Source: Cyanophyceae cyanobacterium
Lineage (GTDB): Bacteria; Cyanobacteriota; Cyanobacteriia; Cyanobacteriales; Laspinemataceae
Direction: 5' to 3'
Assembly: GCA_038321985.1 (NCBI GenBank)
Contig: JBBQFN010000009.1
Location: 97,976 to 161,975 of the forward strand
DNA length: 64,000 nucleotides
Below the pieces are notes generated by a model. That model saw only the letters and a program-made list of their open reading frames with translations. It had not been told where the DNA came from and made no database searches. Positions 50,924 to 61,669 of the stretch are shown in pieces (the first letter of the stretch is position 1; each line of letters opens with the position of its first letter). Position numbers and translations under genes: made by a program.

Positions 50924-52227
50924 CGTACGGCAATGGTTGCCGTCACCCCTTGTCGGTTCACTTCTACTTCCAGCAGTCCCCCAACTTTAGTTGCTTCTAC
51001 CAGTTCTTGCACTTGCGAGGCTGAGGCGATCGCTACTCCGTTAATTTTTTGAATGACATCCCCTTTTTGCAACCGGGCTTCCTCTGCGGGGGTATCGGCT
51101 AACACCTCCATAATCACCACCCCAGTTTCAGGGACAATCTTCACTCCTTCCAGGCGTTCTTCCAGCTTGGGGCGCACCTGTGGGGTCAACTCCACCATCT
51201 GAATTCCCAAAAAGGGGTGAGAAGCTTGACCATTCGTAAATAATTCGTTTGCAATACGTTCGGCAGTTTCGATGGGGATCGCAAAGCCTAATCCTTGAGC
51301 ATCGGCGCGAATTGCGGTATTGACACCAATCACTTCACCGAGATCATCCAGCAATGGCCCCCCGGAATTTCCCGGATTAATCGCCGCATCAGTTTGGATG
51401 AAGCGCACTCGCTTATTTGAAATTCCCACTTGTGAACTTGATCGTCCCGTGGCGCTAATAATCCCTACAGTGACACTATTATCTAATCCCAGAGGACTGC
51501 CGATCGCGATCGCCCACTGTCCTGGCACCAACTTTTCTGACTTCCCTAACTTCACCTTTGGCAACCCGGTCCCTTCGATTTTCACCACAGCTAAATCGGT
51601 GAGGGAATCAATGCCGACCACTTTTCCCTCAAAGATGCGACCATCGTTGAGCGTAACCTTGACGACCCGAGTCCCTTCTACGACATGAGCATTGGTGATG
51701 ATCTGACCGTCATCACTCAGAATAAACCCAGACCCGGTCCCTGGGTTCCCCCCTTGTCTCGGGGGTGGCATCTCTTCTTCAAAAAATTTCCGCAAAAAAG
51801 GATTGCTTTCCTCACTTTCTTCATCGATCCTCCCGGGACGAAGGGCATCAATTCGGACCACTGCTGGACCCACTTTTGCCGCTGCAGAGGCGATAAAATT
51901 GCGGTCAATCGGGTGTTCTATTAATTCCGGATTGGTTTCGAGGTCTGAGTTGGCATCGGCATTGACAGGGGTTCCAGCTTTTTGTAACATCACCGGCATT
52001 GCTAAGGGCTGTTTCCCGATGCCACCCTCAAATCCGAAGGATCGGCTGGCGATCGTTCCCAGACTCCCGCCCAGGGCTAACAAGTTCAAACCTACAATTA
52101 GCCGCTTGAATATTTGACGCATAGCCTGTTTCCCCATTGGATAGCGAGACAACTCATCCTTAGATGGTGCAGAATTTTGGAGGCTGGCAAAGGTAGCCCG
52201 TGGATTAAATGTTGGCAATAGGTACAT
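50890..52227 (-). CDS. HhoA/HhoB/HtrA (Deg) serine protease with PDZ domain
   Basis: GSGFI, TNAHVV, DLAVVK, IQTDAAINPGNSGGPL, one PDZ; true start probably downstream of 52227. Confidence 0.95.
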   Translation of the reverse strand: MYLLPTFNPRATFASLQNSAPSKDELSRYPMGKQAMRQIFKRLIVGLNLLALGGSLGTIASRSFGFEGGIGKQPLAMPVMLQKAGTPVNADANSDLETNPELIEHPIDRNFIASAAAKVGPAVVRIDALRPGRIDEESEESNPFLRKFFEEEMPPPRQGGNPGTGSGFILSDDGQIITNAHVVEGTRVVKVTLNDGRIFEGKVVGIDSLTDLAVVKIEGTGLPKVKLGKSEKLVPGQWAIAIGSPLGLDNSVTVGIISATGRSSSQVGISNKRVRFIQTDAAINPGNSGGPLLDDLGEVIGVNTAIRADAQGLGFAIPIETAERIANELFTNGQASHPFLGIQMVELTPQVRPKLEERLEGVKIVPETGVVIMEVLADTPAEEARLQKGDVIQKINGVAIASASQVQELVEATKVGGLLEVEVNRQGVTATIAVRPGAFPLDHRN

Positions 52228-52390
52228 CCCTGGATTAGGATGACCTATTTTCTCTCACTGTAGCCTAATTAAAGCGATTGGGACGATAGGCCAGGGAGTA
52301 GATTTGGTGAAAGTGGCAAAGAGGACCCCTCCCTAAACCCTCCCCTTAGCAAAGGGAGGGGACCGGAGGGAGTTGTCTAGGGAGAATTTT

Positions 52391-53185
52391 TTAGCTGATC
52401 GCCTTTTTCAGACTTTCGCAGAACTCGCCGACTGCTGCTAATCCTTCTTCTGGGGTTCCTTCGGCTAATCGTTTGACGAAAGCACTACCCACGATCGCGG
52501 CATTGGCCCCCCAGTCTTTGACCTGTCGCGCCATCTCTGGGGAGGAGATCCCAAATCCTACCCCAATGGGTTTATCCGTGATTTGCCGCATTTGGGCGAG
52601 GATATCTTCGACTCGGGACTGCACCTGGGACCGCATCCCAGTAACTCCGGTAACGCTGACGAGGTAGATAAATCCTCTAGACTGACGGGCGATCGCTTCA
52701 ATTCGGGCTTGAGGGCTAGTCGGCGCGACTAATAACACAACCTCAATCCCCCGGTCATCGGCTTTTTGGAGAATGTCCTCAGACTCTTCTAAAGGCAAAT
52801 CCGGGACAACTAGACCCCGAACTCCGGCGTCAGCGGCATTTTTCAGGAAGTTGTCCACACCCTGTTTGAGAATGGGGTTGTAGTAGGTGAATAAAATGAT
52901 GGGCGATCGCAACGTGGGCGTCACTGCCTTGACGGTTTCTAACACGGCTTCCAAGCGCGTACCCCGTTGCAGAGCACGAGTTGCGGCAGCTTGAATCACG
53001 GGTCCATCTGCGAGGGGGTCTGAGTAGGGAACCCCTAATTCAATTAAATCCGCACCCTTGCTATCTAACAGTTGCAAGGCTTTGGCGGTGGTCTGCAAAT
53101 CTGGATCCCCTGCGGTGATAAACGGGATCAAAGCACACTGCTGGCGATCGCGCAGGGACGCAAAGCACTGGGAAACCGATGTCAT
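52391..53185 (-). CDS. trpA: Tryptophan synthase alpha subunit
   Basis: [42 protein letters not shown]. Confidence 0.98.
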   Translation of the reverse strand: MTSVSQCFASLRDRQQCALIPFITAGDPDLQTTAKALQLLDSKGADLIELGVPYSDPLADGPVIQAAATRALQRGTRLEAVLETVKAVTPTLRSPIILFTYYNPILKQGVDNFLKNAADAGVRGLVVPDLPLEESEDILQKADDRGIEVVLLVAPTSPQARIEAIARQSRGFIYLVSVTGVTGMRSQVQSRVEDILAQMRQITDKPIGVGFGISSPEMARQVKDWGANAAIVGSAFVKRLAEGTPEEGLAAVGEFCESLKKAIS

Positions 53186-53290
53186 TTTATAACTTATCCT
53201 AGGTTGTTGAGATTAACTAGCGTATCATCTGCGCGTTGCGTTATTTTGTCTAATCCCTTCTGTGGTTCCATGGGTGGGAGAACCCAGATG

Positions 53291-53364
53291 ACGACTGAAG
53301 TTGTGATTACCAACCCAGCCACCTCAACTTTCTTCCTCTTGTTTGTAGTAACGACTTCAGTCGT
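53291..53364. repeat. REP-like inverted pair of palindromic units
   Basis: acgactgaagttgtgattaccaac ... gtttgtagtaacgacttcagtcgt. Confidence 0.55.
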
Positions 53365-53503
53365 TTCTTCCTCTTCACCCTAGGGCATCAATGCAGGATT
53401 AACTTAAACTTCCTCTTACCAGGTTTCTATTTCATAGCCCGTTACTCATTAGCAAATACGTTGTGAAAGAAACCGGATGTCCAACCCATACTGTACTTCC
53501 ATC

Positions 53504-53830
53504 CTAGTCTGGCGTCTTCAGTTTTTCAGCTTCATTCTCAGCTTCAATTTCTGCTTGAATTTTAGCCAATTCTTCGGGAGTCATTTCTTCCAGACGCTTT
53601 TGTAAAACAGCAGTTTTATAATCTTCAACCTGTTGGTGATAGGTCATATCTCCGTTTACGGCACGGAATAAATAACTCAGCAGCCATCCCACCAATCCGC
53701 CTACTAATAGGACTTGGCTCCAAATTCCTGCCGTAACACTATCTAACCCGGCCCCCTGGAATCCCAGATAGGCTAACCCTCCAGCCAGGAAGACACCGAA
53801 GCCAATTCCTAATACATCAATTCTTCGCAT
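53504..53830 (-). CDS. DUF3007 family membrane protein
   Basis: MRRIDV..., W..SY.FR....MTY.QQ..DY...LQKRLEEM; usual position between ndhL and trpA. Confidence 0.9.
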   Translation of the reverse strand: MRRIDVLGIGFGVFLAGGLAYLGFQGAGLDSVTAGIWSQVLLVGGLVGWLLSYLFRAVNGDMTYHQQVEDYKTAVLQKRLEEMTPEELAKIQAEIEAENEAEKLKTPD

Positions 53831-53951
53831 AATTGCGTTACTTTTATCTAAATTTTATCAATAACTGGGTAGCCCGGAAGAAATCGAGAAGCGACCCACA
53901 GTAAGATCCGTGGGTTCTAGCTTCTGACTTCCCCATCCCTGCATTCCTGCT

Positions 53952-54185
53952 TTAAATGTTAATTTCCCGGCGTTTGGGTCGAAAGTTTAAAAAGGGAGCA
54001 AGAACTAACATTCCCGGGAAAAAGAAAAACACCAAGAAGTACAAAAAAGCCCGTTCAAAAGAGCTAGCGACATACCACCGCTTTTGTAACCAGAAGTAAA
54101 GGGCTAAGGGGACAACCAACAAGTAAGTCCCGGCTAAAATCACATACAACAGTAAGGCGATAGTCGTGTCGTTTAGAATCGGCAT
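53952..54185 (-). CDS. ndhL: NAD(P)H-quinone oxidoreductase subunit L
   Basis: YLLVVP...RWY.ASS.ER...[19 protein letters not shown]. Confidence 0.95.
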   Translation of the reverse strand: MPILNDTTIALLLYVILAGTYLLVVPLALYFWLQKRWYVASSFERAFLYFLVFFFFPGMLVLAPFLNFRPKRREINI

Positions 54186-54396
54186 GATGGCAATGATGAG
54201 GGTTTTTACAGAATGCGGCGCGATCGCCCTGATGCGAGAAATTTACCCCGTTTGCAAATAGGGTTCGCATCTGCTCAACTCGGCCACGTCCGTATTGTAG
54301 CTTGCTCGGGTCCCCGGTGATGGAGTTGATATCAAAATCCCCGCACCCTCAAAGATTCGCAAATCCTGGAGGGTGCGGGGCTACAAACAAACTCCC

Positions 54397-55419
54397 TTAA
54401 TAACCGCCGGGTTCTTCTTCGTATTCCGGCGCTTTGGTTTTTTCGGAGATGTTGATGCGAGGCGGGTTGTAGGGTTTACCCGGATTTTCTTCTGCCCAAG
54501 CATCGGACTCTACATCGCTGTACTCGTAATCCTCTGCATATTCCGGTTCTTCATACACCTGAGCGGTGCTATAGCTCGGTTCCTCATATCCCTCATCATA
54601 GTCTTCGTTGTAGTCCATGTCGTAGGTATCCCGGGCCGAGGCTTCACTCCAATTATCTTCTTCTAGCTCCTCTTGGTAGTAAATCGGGGTAGGCTGAGTC
54701 TGCCGTAAGGGTTCAGGGACGGGCTGTTCCCACGCTTCATCTTCATCCCAGACTTCTTCCACCACGCGGGAGGGCGATCGCAGGGGTTCCGGTGCTGGGA
54801 CTCCCATCCCCGTCGGCAGCTGATTTTCCGGTCTCGCTGTAGGCATAATCAGGGCTTCTTCTTCCCGCGCCCAGGGGGGTTCGCCGATGCCTAGACGCTC
54901 TAAGAAGCCGACGGTTAGCTGCGAGAGTCGTTCCTCGGCCCCCTCAAACACAATCAGGCGATTGGGTCCACTGCTGACAATTTCCTCAACGGGCAGTTCA
55001 TAGGTACTAATCACTTGGTCGGGAATTTGCGGCAGTCCCAAAGACGCAATCACCAAAGAAACCAGTTCGCCCGTTGCTAGGTCAAACTTGAAGCCCCTGG
55101 CTCGTCCCAACAGTTCGCCGGTTTCGGTAATCACTTCGCTGTTGATTACCCGGCTGTAGGCATCTACCTCAATATCTTCGATGACGTCTTCATCTTCAAC
55201 CAAGATTACATCGCCAATCTGTTCAATGCTCCTGAGAAACATGAATCGGGGCATTCCGGCGACTGAAAGAAGATTATCTCGCAGACCCAAGGCTACGACC
55301 TGTCGGCGGTCAATGTCTACCAATAGTTCTTTGACGACCCCCAGGCGCTTGCCGGTGTCGCGGGTGATCACTTGAGTATTTAACAAGTCGGAGCGCAGAC
55401 GGATGGTATCAGATGTCAT
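54397..55419 (-). CDS. PRC-barrel domain protein with acidic tail
   Basis: Two PRC barrels (QVITRDTGKRLG, EVITETGELLG). Confidence 0.9.
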   Translation of the reverse strand: MTSDTIRLRSDLLNTQVITRDTGKRLGVVKELLVDIDRRQVVALGLRDNLLSVAGMPRFMFLRSIEQIGDVILVEDEDVIEDIEVDAYSRVINSEVITETGELLGRARGFKFDLATGELVSLVIASLGLPQIPDQVISTYELPVEEIVSSGPNRLIVFEGAEERLSQLTVGFLERLGIGEPPWAREEEALIMPTARPENQLPTGMGVPAPEPLRSPSRVVEEVWDEDEAWEQPVPEPLRQTQPTPIYYQEELEEDNWSEASARDTYDMDYNEDYDEGYEEPSYSTAQVYEEPEYAEDYEYSDVESDAWAEENPGKPYNPPRINISEKTKAPEYEEEPGGY

Positions 55420-55470
55420 TCTTAGTTGAATCCTAATAGCGAATTCTCTTTAATATTACTGTCTATAAAA

Positions 55471-58400
55471 TCATACAGCCGAAGTCTTTTGCTCAATTTG
55501 GAGTCCAATCACTTGAGTATAGGCTCCTCGGGCTTGGGTCACGCCAATGACACGCTCGGCGAGTTTGAGCATCGGAGTTTTGTGACTGACGACTATAAAC
55601 TGGGCCGGGTTAGCTTGTTGTTTTATTATTTTAGCCAATCGTTCCACATTTGCCCCATCTAAGAACATATCCACTTCATCAAAGGCATAAAATGGTGACG
55701 GACGATACCGTTGTAGAGCAAAGATAAAGCTGAGGGCGGTGAGGGATTTTTCCCCCCCGGACATGGAGGCTAAGCGCTGTACTGGCTTCCCTTTAGGGTG
55801 GGCGACTAAGGATAAACCGCTACTAAAGGGGTCTTCGGGGTCATCGAGTTGCAGATAGCCATCGCCGTCGGAAAGTTCGGCAAATATGGTTTGAAAGTTC
55901 TGGTTTACAGCATCGAAGGCTTCTTTAAAGGCGCGGAGTCTGAGGGTAGTGAAGTTTTCAATCCGCAATAAAATTTCCGTGCGTTCCCCTTCTAAGGTTG
56001 CGAGTTTTTGGCTAAGTTCCTCAAGTCGGGCTTGAGTGCGATCGTACTCCTCCAAGGCCAACATATTCACGGGTTCCATTGCTTCAATCCGTTTTTGCAG
56101 CGATCGCAGTTCTTTTTGCAACTCCTGCAATACGCTTGCCAATCGGTTCTCCATGGCTTCAGGCACCGGCGGTTGCTCTTCGGGTAATTCCGCTTCCCGT
56201 TGTTGCAGTTCTTGCTGCATATTCACCAGTTGTTCCCGGCGTCCCTGTTGGGTTTCCTGGAGTTTTTGCAGTTGCCATTCCAGTTGCTGGCGTTTTAAAT
56301 GCAACTCCCTCAAGTCGGCTTCAGCTTGGTCCCGGGCGGTTTTTTCTTCCCCTAATTTAGACTCGATTTCGGACAAAGCCGCCTGAGTTTGAGCCATTTC
56401 CTGACCCAAACGGCTGAGTTGATTCTGCAACTTGGCAATTGCCTCAGTCCCAGCAGTTTCCTGTTGGCGTAATTGAGCTAACTGCTTTTGTCCTTCTTGA
56501 ATTTTCTCCTCTAAGCGCTGATACTGACTGCGATAGTCCTGTTGCCGTAACTGCGCCCCACTCAGGGACTGTTCCCATTCCTGTAGCTGACTCTCCAGTT
56601 CCCGGACTTGGGACTGGATTTGTTGCCATTCGCTATTGGTTCCAGATTCTTCCATGCTGGAGAGTTCTAACCGCCAGCGTTCTAATTGGACTTCTTGATC
56701 CGGTAAGTCTGCCGCGAGGGTTTGCAGTTGGGTGGTTGCGGTTTCCAACTCTTGGGAGTTTTTGGTTAATTGCTGCTCTAACTGGGCGATCGCCCCGGTT
56801 AAATTATTAATCTCTTTCTCTAACTGTTCCGATTTAATCTGTAATTCCCGCTGTTGCTGCTTGGCTTCTACTAATTGCGCCGATCTCTGTTTCACCGTTT
56901 CCGTAGCGGTGGCGACTGCGCTGGTACAACGGTCTAAAATTGTCTCAATTTCCTGGAGTCGATTTTGCAGCGCCGTCACTTCCCCCGACTCGGTATTCCC
57001 GCCCGTCCCGAACCGCAAGGAGGACCGATGGGGGGCACTTCCCCCAGTCATCGCCCCAGTGCTTTCTAATAAATCACCATCTAAGGTAACAATCCTAGCT
57101 TGTCCTAGGTAAGCACGAGCTAAATTAGTGTTTTCAAACACCACGGTATTGCCAAAAATATAAGCAAAAATCTGGAGATAAGGGCGATCGCACTCAATCA
57201 AATTCACCGCATAATCCACAAACCCTGGGGCATTTCGCAAGGCTTCAATGGGCGAAAATCGCGAGGGTCTAATTTTATTTAACGGTAAAAACGTCGCCCG
57301 TCCCGCCCGTTTTTGCTTCAACAGCTCGATCGCCGCTGCGGCTACCCCATCATCCTCCACCACCAGATAGCCCAACCGCCCACCAGCAGCCGTTTCCAAA
57401 GCCATTTGATAGGTGGGTTCCACTCGTCCCAGTTGCGCCACCAACCCACAGACTCCCGGTAACCCCGTCTGTAAAATTACCTTACTCGCCCCAGTTCCGC
57501 TGGCTTCTTGGTGGGCTTGATTTTGGGCTTCCAACTTGTCCAAACGCCGTTGTTTGTCCCGTTGTTCTTCTAACAGCCGTTTCTGGGTTTCCTGCTGCAC
57601 TTGCAAGTCTTGTTCCAAGGCAGAGACAGTTTGCGCGAGGGATTGCACCTGTTGCACCGCTAACTGATGCCGTTGTTCGATATCGGTGCGGGCAAATTGT
57701 TGATTCATCAAGTCCTGGCGGGAGGTTTCCAGGGACTCCTGTTGTTCGGCGATTTTCTGCTCAAGCTGTCCCCGGCGTTCGGTTAAGCGGGCTTGTTCCG
57801 TGCGCTGGGGGTCGAGATTTTTTTGCAGAGTTTCGATTTGGCGGTGGAGGTTGGTTTGTTGCTGCACCCACTCCTCCGATGCCGAGGCGATCGCACTCGC
57901 CTGTTCCCGTTTTTGGTTTAACAGGGTTTGAGTGCTATCCCGGTTTTCCTGCACTGAAACAATGACATTTTTTTCTAATTCCCGGTCTTCCGCCAACTTT
58001 TGCAAGGCTTGCTGCAATTCCTTGACATTCTGCTCAGTTTGTGCTAACTGAGCAAGAGTTTCTTGGCGGTTGGCTGATTGTTCCCCTTTGCGGTTTTGCA
58101 GTTGCCGATATTCTGCATCTTGGGTAGCAAGGGTAGACTGAAGGGCGATCAGTTCCTCTTCCCCGAGGGCTTTAACCCGGGTATTGAGTTCTTCTAGATG
58201 GGTGCTGGCTTTTTGGATTTCGCCGCTGATAGTGGTAATTTGGTCACTGAGTTGGGTAACTTGGCGATCGCCCCCTTCAATTTGCTCCCGCAGTTTCCAC
58301 TCTTGTTGCTTCAACTGTCGCCATTCCAAAACCGCCGCTAGTTTTTCCTTTTCGTGCAACTCAGCGCGAAGTTTTTTATACTGTTCTGCCTTAGCCCTGT

Positions 58401-59220
58401 CTTTGGAGAGTCGCTCTAGCTGGGCTTTCAGCTCATTTTCAACGATACGGCAACGGTCTTCCCGTTCCTTAACTTCATCTAATTTCGTTTTAGCTTGCAC
58501 GATTTTCCGGTCAAAAGCGGCCACTCCTGCCAGTTCATCAATAATTTCCCGGCGTTCCTTGCCATTCATGGAAATAATGGCGGTAACGTCCCCTTGGAGT
58601 ACGACGTTATAACCTTCCGGGTAAATCCGCAGGCGGTTAATTTGTTCGTGCAGTTGGGTGAGGGTGCAGGGTTCCCCATCCATGTAGTAGGTGGAGGTAT
58701 AGGTGCCGCCTTTGGTGACGCGCAACCGTCGGGTGATACTCCATTCGCGATCGGCAGCCTCAGCCAGAGTTTCAGCAGCTGAGGGGAGCGATGCTGTGGC
58801 CCCATTGCCATTTTCGGCGTGGGAGTCGGTGGATTCCGGGGCGACTGACTCTGGTTCCTCCTCTTCGGCTTCTAAACTATTTCCACTGTCCACCAAGGAT
58901 TCATCATTTGAAGCCGTTGCCGGTGAATTGGGGGTATCAATTAACCCAAACGAATCTCCTAAGTCAAACGTCACCGTCACACTGGCTTCAACCGTGCCCC
59001 GAGTGCGAGACTGATTGTGGTTGACTAAATCGGGCAACCGTTCCGCCCGCATTCCTTTAGAAGTCGAGATACCTAGACAGAAAAGAAGGGCATCAAGAAT
59101 ATTGGATTTCCCCGAACCGTTAGGACCTGAAACCACGGTAAACCCTGGCAAGACAGGAATACTCGTCGTGCCACCAAAGGATTTAAAGTTGCTTAGTTCC
59201 AGGCGCGTGATATGAACCAT
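55471..59220 (-). CDS. smc: Chromosome segregation protein SMC
   Basis: FKSF, GPNGSGKSN, hinge GRATFLPL, MSGGEKS, FDEVD. Confidence 0.98.
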   Translation of the reverse strand: MVHITRLELSNFKSFGGTTSIPVLPGFTVVSGPNGSGKSNILDALLFCLGISTSKGMRAERLPDLVNHNQSRTRGTVEASVTVTFDLGDSFGLIDTPNSPATASNDESLVDSGNSLEAEEEEPESVAPESTDSHAENGNGATASLPSAAETLAEAADREWSITRRLRVTKGGTYTSTYYMDGEPCTLTQLHEQINRLRIYPEGYNVVLQGDVTAIISMNGKERREIIDELAGVAAFDRKIVQAKTKLDEVKEREDRCRIVENELKAQLERLSKDRAKAEQYKKLRAELHEKEKLAAVLEWRQLKQQEWKLREQIEGGDRQVTQLSDQITTISGEIQKASTHLEELNTRVKALGEEELIALQSTLATQDAEYRQLQNRKGEQSANRQETLAQLAQTEQNVKELQQALQKLAEDRELEKNVIVSVQENRDSTQTLLNQKREQASAIASASEEWVQQQTNLHRQIETLQKNLDPQRTEQARLTERRGQLEQKIAEQQESLETSRQDLMNQQFARTDIEQRHQLAVQQVQSLAQTVSALEQDLQVQQETQKRLLEEQRDKQRRLDKLEAQNQAHQEASGTGASKVILQTGLPGVCGLVAQLGRVEPTYQMALETAAGGRLGYLVVEDDGVAAAAIELLKQKRAGRATFLPLNKIRPSRFSPIEALRNAPGFVDYAVNLIECDRPYLQIFAYIFGNTVVFENTNLARAYLGQARIVTLDGDLLESTGAMTGGSAPHRSSLRFGTGGNTESGEVTALQNRLQEIETILDRCTSAVATATETVKQRSAQLVEAKQQQRELQIKSEQLEKEINNLTGAIAQLEQQLTKNSQELETATTQLQTLAADLPDQEVQLERWRLELSSMEESGTNSEWQQIQSQVRELESQLQEWEQSLSGAQLRQQDYRSQYQRLEEKIQEGQKQLAQLRQQETAGTEAIAKLQNQLSRLGQEMAQTQAALSEIESKLGEEKTARDQAEADLRELHLKRQQLEWQLQKLQETQQGRREQLVNMQQELQQREAELPEEQPPVPEAMENRLASVLQELQKELRSLQKRIEAMEPVNMLALEEYDRTQARLEELSQKLATLEGERTEILLRIENFTTLRLRAFKEAFDAVNQNFQTIFAELSDGDGYLQLDDPEDPFSSGLSLVAHPKGKPVQRLASMSGGEKSLTALSFIFALQRYRPSPFYAFDEVDMFLDGANVERLAKIIKQQANPAQFIVVSHKTPMLKLAERVIGVTQARGAYTQVIGLQIEQKTSAV

Positions 59221-59481
59221 ATCGGTGAGAGGGCTACAGAATTGCCCCTTGGGGGTGTTGACTTCTTAATCTAGTTTAGCGATTCTTCACAGATTAGCAC
59301 GAAGAAAACAAGGGAGGAAAGGGGGTTGAAACCAGACCCCAGGGGTGGAAATTGGGGAGATGGGGAGTGCAACGCAGAAAATGCCCCCGCCGATACCCTT
59401 CGCCTTAAGGCTGAGACTTACAAGAACAAAGCTGTGCTTCGACTTCGCGGAAGATGAGGCCAATTGTTACCCTAAATTTGT

Positions 59482-59859
59482 TCATTTAATGATATTGAAT
59501 GATAGCGAAGATGCTGAGACTAAAAGTAAAGGGGTAATGGATTTTTTAGCAGCTATTCGGTATCGAAATCAAGCAAAATTTGCCGCTTTATGGGTATTAT
59601 TAATTTAACAAAAAATAGCAGGATTGATGCTTCAGAAGGGTTAGCACAGTTACTCACTTATGCTTACACCGGATTAACCCATCAAGATTCGGTTTGGGGC
59701 GTCACCACCAATGGCATGGATTATCAATTCGTGTGGGTTCAAAAAGGTGAACCTCCCACTTATCAACTCTTTCCCAAACTGAGTTTACTCTATCCAGAAC
59801 AGTCTATTCAATTGTTGCAGGTGATGAAGGCAATTTGTCAGCAGCATATTCTTACTTAG
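59482..59859 (+). pseudogene. Frameshifted fragment of a restriction-endonuclease-like (HsdR N-terminal type) protein
   Basis: KGVMDFLA...LWVLLI in one frame and TKNSRIDASEGLAQLLTYA...WGVTTNG..YQF in another; the shift at ~59606 breaks the ExK motif. Confidence 0.6.
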
Positions 59860-60081
59860 TGGGGGTTTAGGAAGCGGCCGATCGCCAGAATGGATGAAAC
59901 GGGTAATTCTATCAAGTTCTTGTTTAAAATTAACCCTTTTCCTGCGGTTTTTCTTCGTACAGCCCCCTCTTTACGGTGTGGTATGTCTCTACCTATAGGG
60001 TCAGGCATTTTAGCTTTATTTATGCTAATGTTAAGTTAAACTCTATGCTAATTCTGCAATAGTTATTAAATTATTCCTCAA

Positions 60082-61110
60082 ATGAGTCTAAGGCAAATTG
60101 AATTATTTTTACCTAAAGAGAGCGCTGAAAAAGTAGAATTGTTACTGGAAGAGCAGGCGGTTATCGCTATTTGGAAAACTCCCCTTTCGGAAGAGGAAAC
60201 TCTAGTTAAAATTATTCTTTCTTCTCAACAAGCAGAAGATGCGATCGATATCTTATCCTCTAATTTTTCCTATCTTAAGGATTTTCGGATTATTTTGCTG
60301 CCGGTTAGTGCTTATTTAACGCATCCGTCGGAATCTGCCTCCGAGGATGAAGCCAATAAGAATTCCTTGCCCGAGGTAGAATTAGATCCTGAGCGATCGC
60401 GGCTGAATCGCCAAGAACTTCAGCAAAAAATTGACCACGATTTAGAGTTGAATCTCCAACATATTATGATGCTGCTCATTTCTACGATTATTGCAGCGAT
60501 CGGCTTGTTGAGAAATGATTCTACTACCATTATTGGCGCTATGGTGATCGCGCCTTTATTGGGTCCCAATATGGGCTTATCCCTAGCAACTACGTTGGGA
60601 GATATGCCCCTGGCTAAAAAAGCCCTACAAATTGGAGTATTTGGAATTTCCCTAGCCCTCGTTTTCTCTCTAATTATCGGATTTTATATCCCCATTAATC
60701 TCGATATTCCGGAAATTGCGTCAAGAACTCGGGTCCGCTGGTCCGATGTTTTGCTGGCATTTGCCTCGGGGATTGCAGGTGCACTTTCTTTTACTTCCGG
60801 GAAGATTAGTGGACTGGTTGGAGTGATGGTTTCGGTAGCGTTACTCCCGCCTTTAGTTACCTTCGGAATGTTACTGGGTTCGGGACGATGGGAAGCGGCT
60901 ATTGGGGCAATGCTACTGTTTCTGACTAATTTAGTTTGCTTGAATTTAGCGGGTGTTTTAACTTTTTCGGTGCAAAATATTCGTCCAGGGGAATGGTGGC
61001 TTGCTTCTAAAGCCCAAAAAGCTACCAATGCAGCTTATTTTCTGTGGTTTGGATTGTTATTTATAGTAATAACTAGCATTGTTTTTTGGAGAAGAACCCA
61101 TTGGGTTTAA
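60082..61110 (+). CDS. TIGR00341 family (DUF389) membrane protein
   Basis: IIGAMVIAPLLGP, GVMVSVALLPP, LFLTN, about 7 TMs. Confidence 0.92.
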   Translation: MSLRQIELFLPKESAEKVELLLEEQAVIAIWKTPLSEEETLVKIILSSQQAEDAIDILSSNFSYLKDFRIILLPVSAYLTHPSESASEDEANKNSLPEVELDPERSRLNRQELQQKIDHDLELNLQHIMMLLISTIIAAIGLLRNDSTTIIGAMVIAPLLGPNMGLSLATTLGDMPLAKKALQIGVFGISLALVFSLIIGFYIPINLDIPEIASRTRVRWSDVLLAFASGIAGALSFTSGKISGLVGVMVSVALLPPLVTFGMLLGSGRWEAAIGAMLLFLTNLVCLNLAGVLTFSVQNIRPGEWWLASKAQKATNAAYFLWFGLLFIVITSIVFWRRTHWV

Positions 61111-61451
61111 GGGCGATCGCTGCCAAAATCGTAAGCCCGGAAATGGTACGAAATCAGCCGAAATTAATCGACTTTCAACAGCCGGCAGAAATTGCGGAGA
61201 AAATTCTTACGTTATTTTAGAAGCCGTGCAGATTTTTAATGGGTGGATACAGGCGCATCAGTCAAAGTCAGTCAAAGAAAGAAAACTCCTTAAATGCGAT
61301 CGCCGCAAGGGTCAAGAGGCAACCCCCCTTACCCCAGATCAGGGACCACCGCCCCAGGTTGCCCCTACAAGTTAAGCCAAAAACCTCTAAACCTATCCCG
61401 ATTTGGGCGGAATCCTCATCCCTCCAGTCGGGTTTTTGCTTGAAATCCCAA

Positions 61452-61501
61452 AAAAAACGCCCACTGGGTGAGTGGGCGTTGCCATCAGGGTGCATCTACT
61501 C
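61452..61501 (-). ncRNA. Putative ~50-nt small RNA, copy 1 (NsiR1-like 5' motif)
   Basis: GAGTAGATGCACCCTGATGGC + hairpin AACGCCCACT-CACCC-AGTGGGCGTT + T run, just downstream of an extended -10 TGtTATATT. Confidence 0.7.
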
Positions 61502-61541
61502 CATTTAATATAACAGTGAGGGGTAATACCCCGCAAGTAGA

Positions 61542-61559
61542 TTTACAAAACTTTACAAT
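61542..61559. promoter_or_regulatory. HLR1 (RpaB-binding) box upstream of sRNA copy 1; identical box at 61710-61727
   Basis: TTTACAAA-ac-TTTACAAT fully matches (G/T)TTACA(T/A)(T/A)-N2-(G/T)TTACA(T/A)(T/A). Confidence 0.7.
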
Positions 61560-61619
61560 TTCTAGAAATCGCGAACCGTTAAATAATTACTTTGCTGCAA
61601 CTTGCAATTCACTGATTAT

Positions 61620-61669
61620 AAAAAACGCCCACTGGGTGAGTGGGCGTTGCCATCAGGGTGCATCTACTC
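61620..61669 (-). ncRNA. Putative ~50-nt small RNA, copy 2
   Basis: Identical to copy 1, with its own promoter and terminator. Confidence 0.7.
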
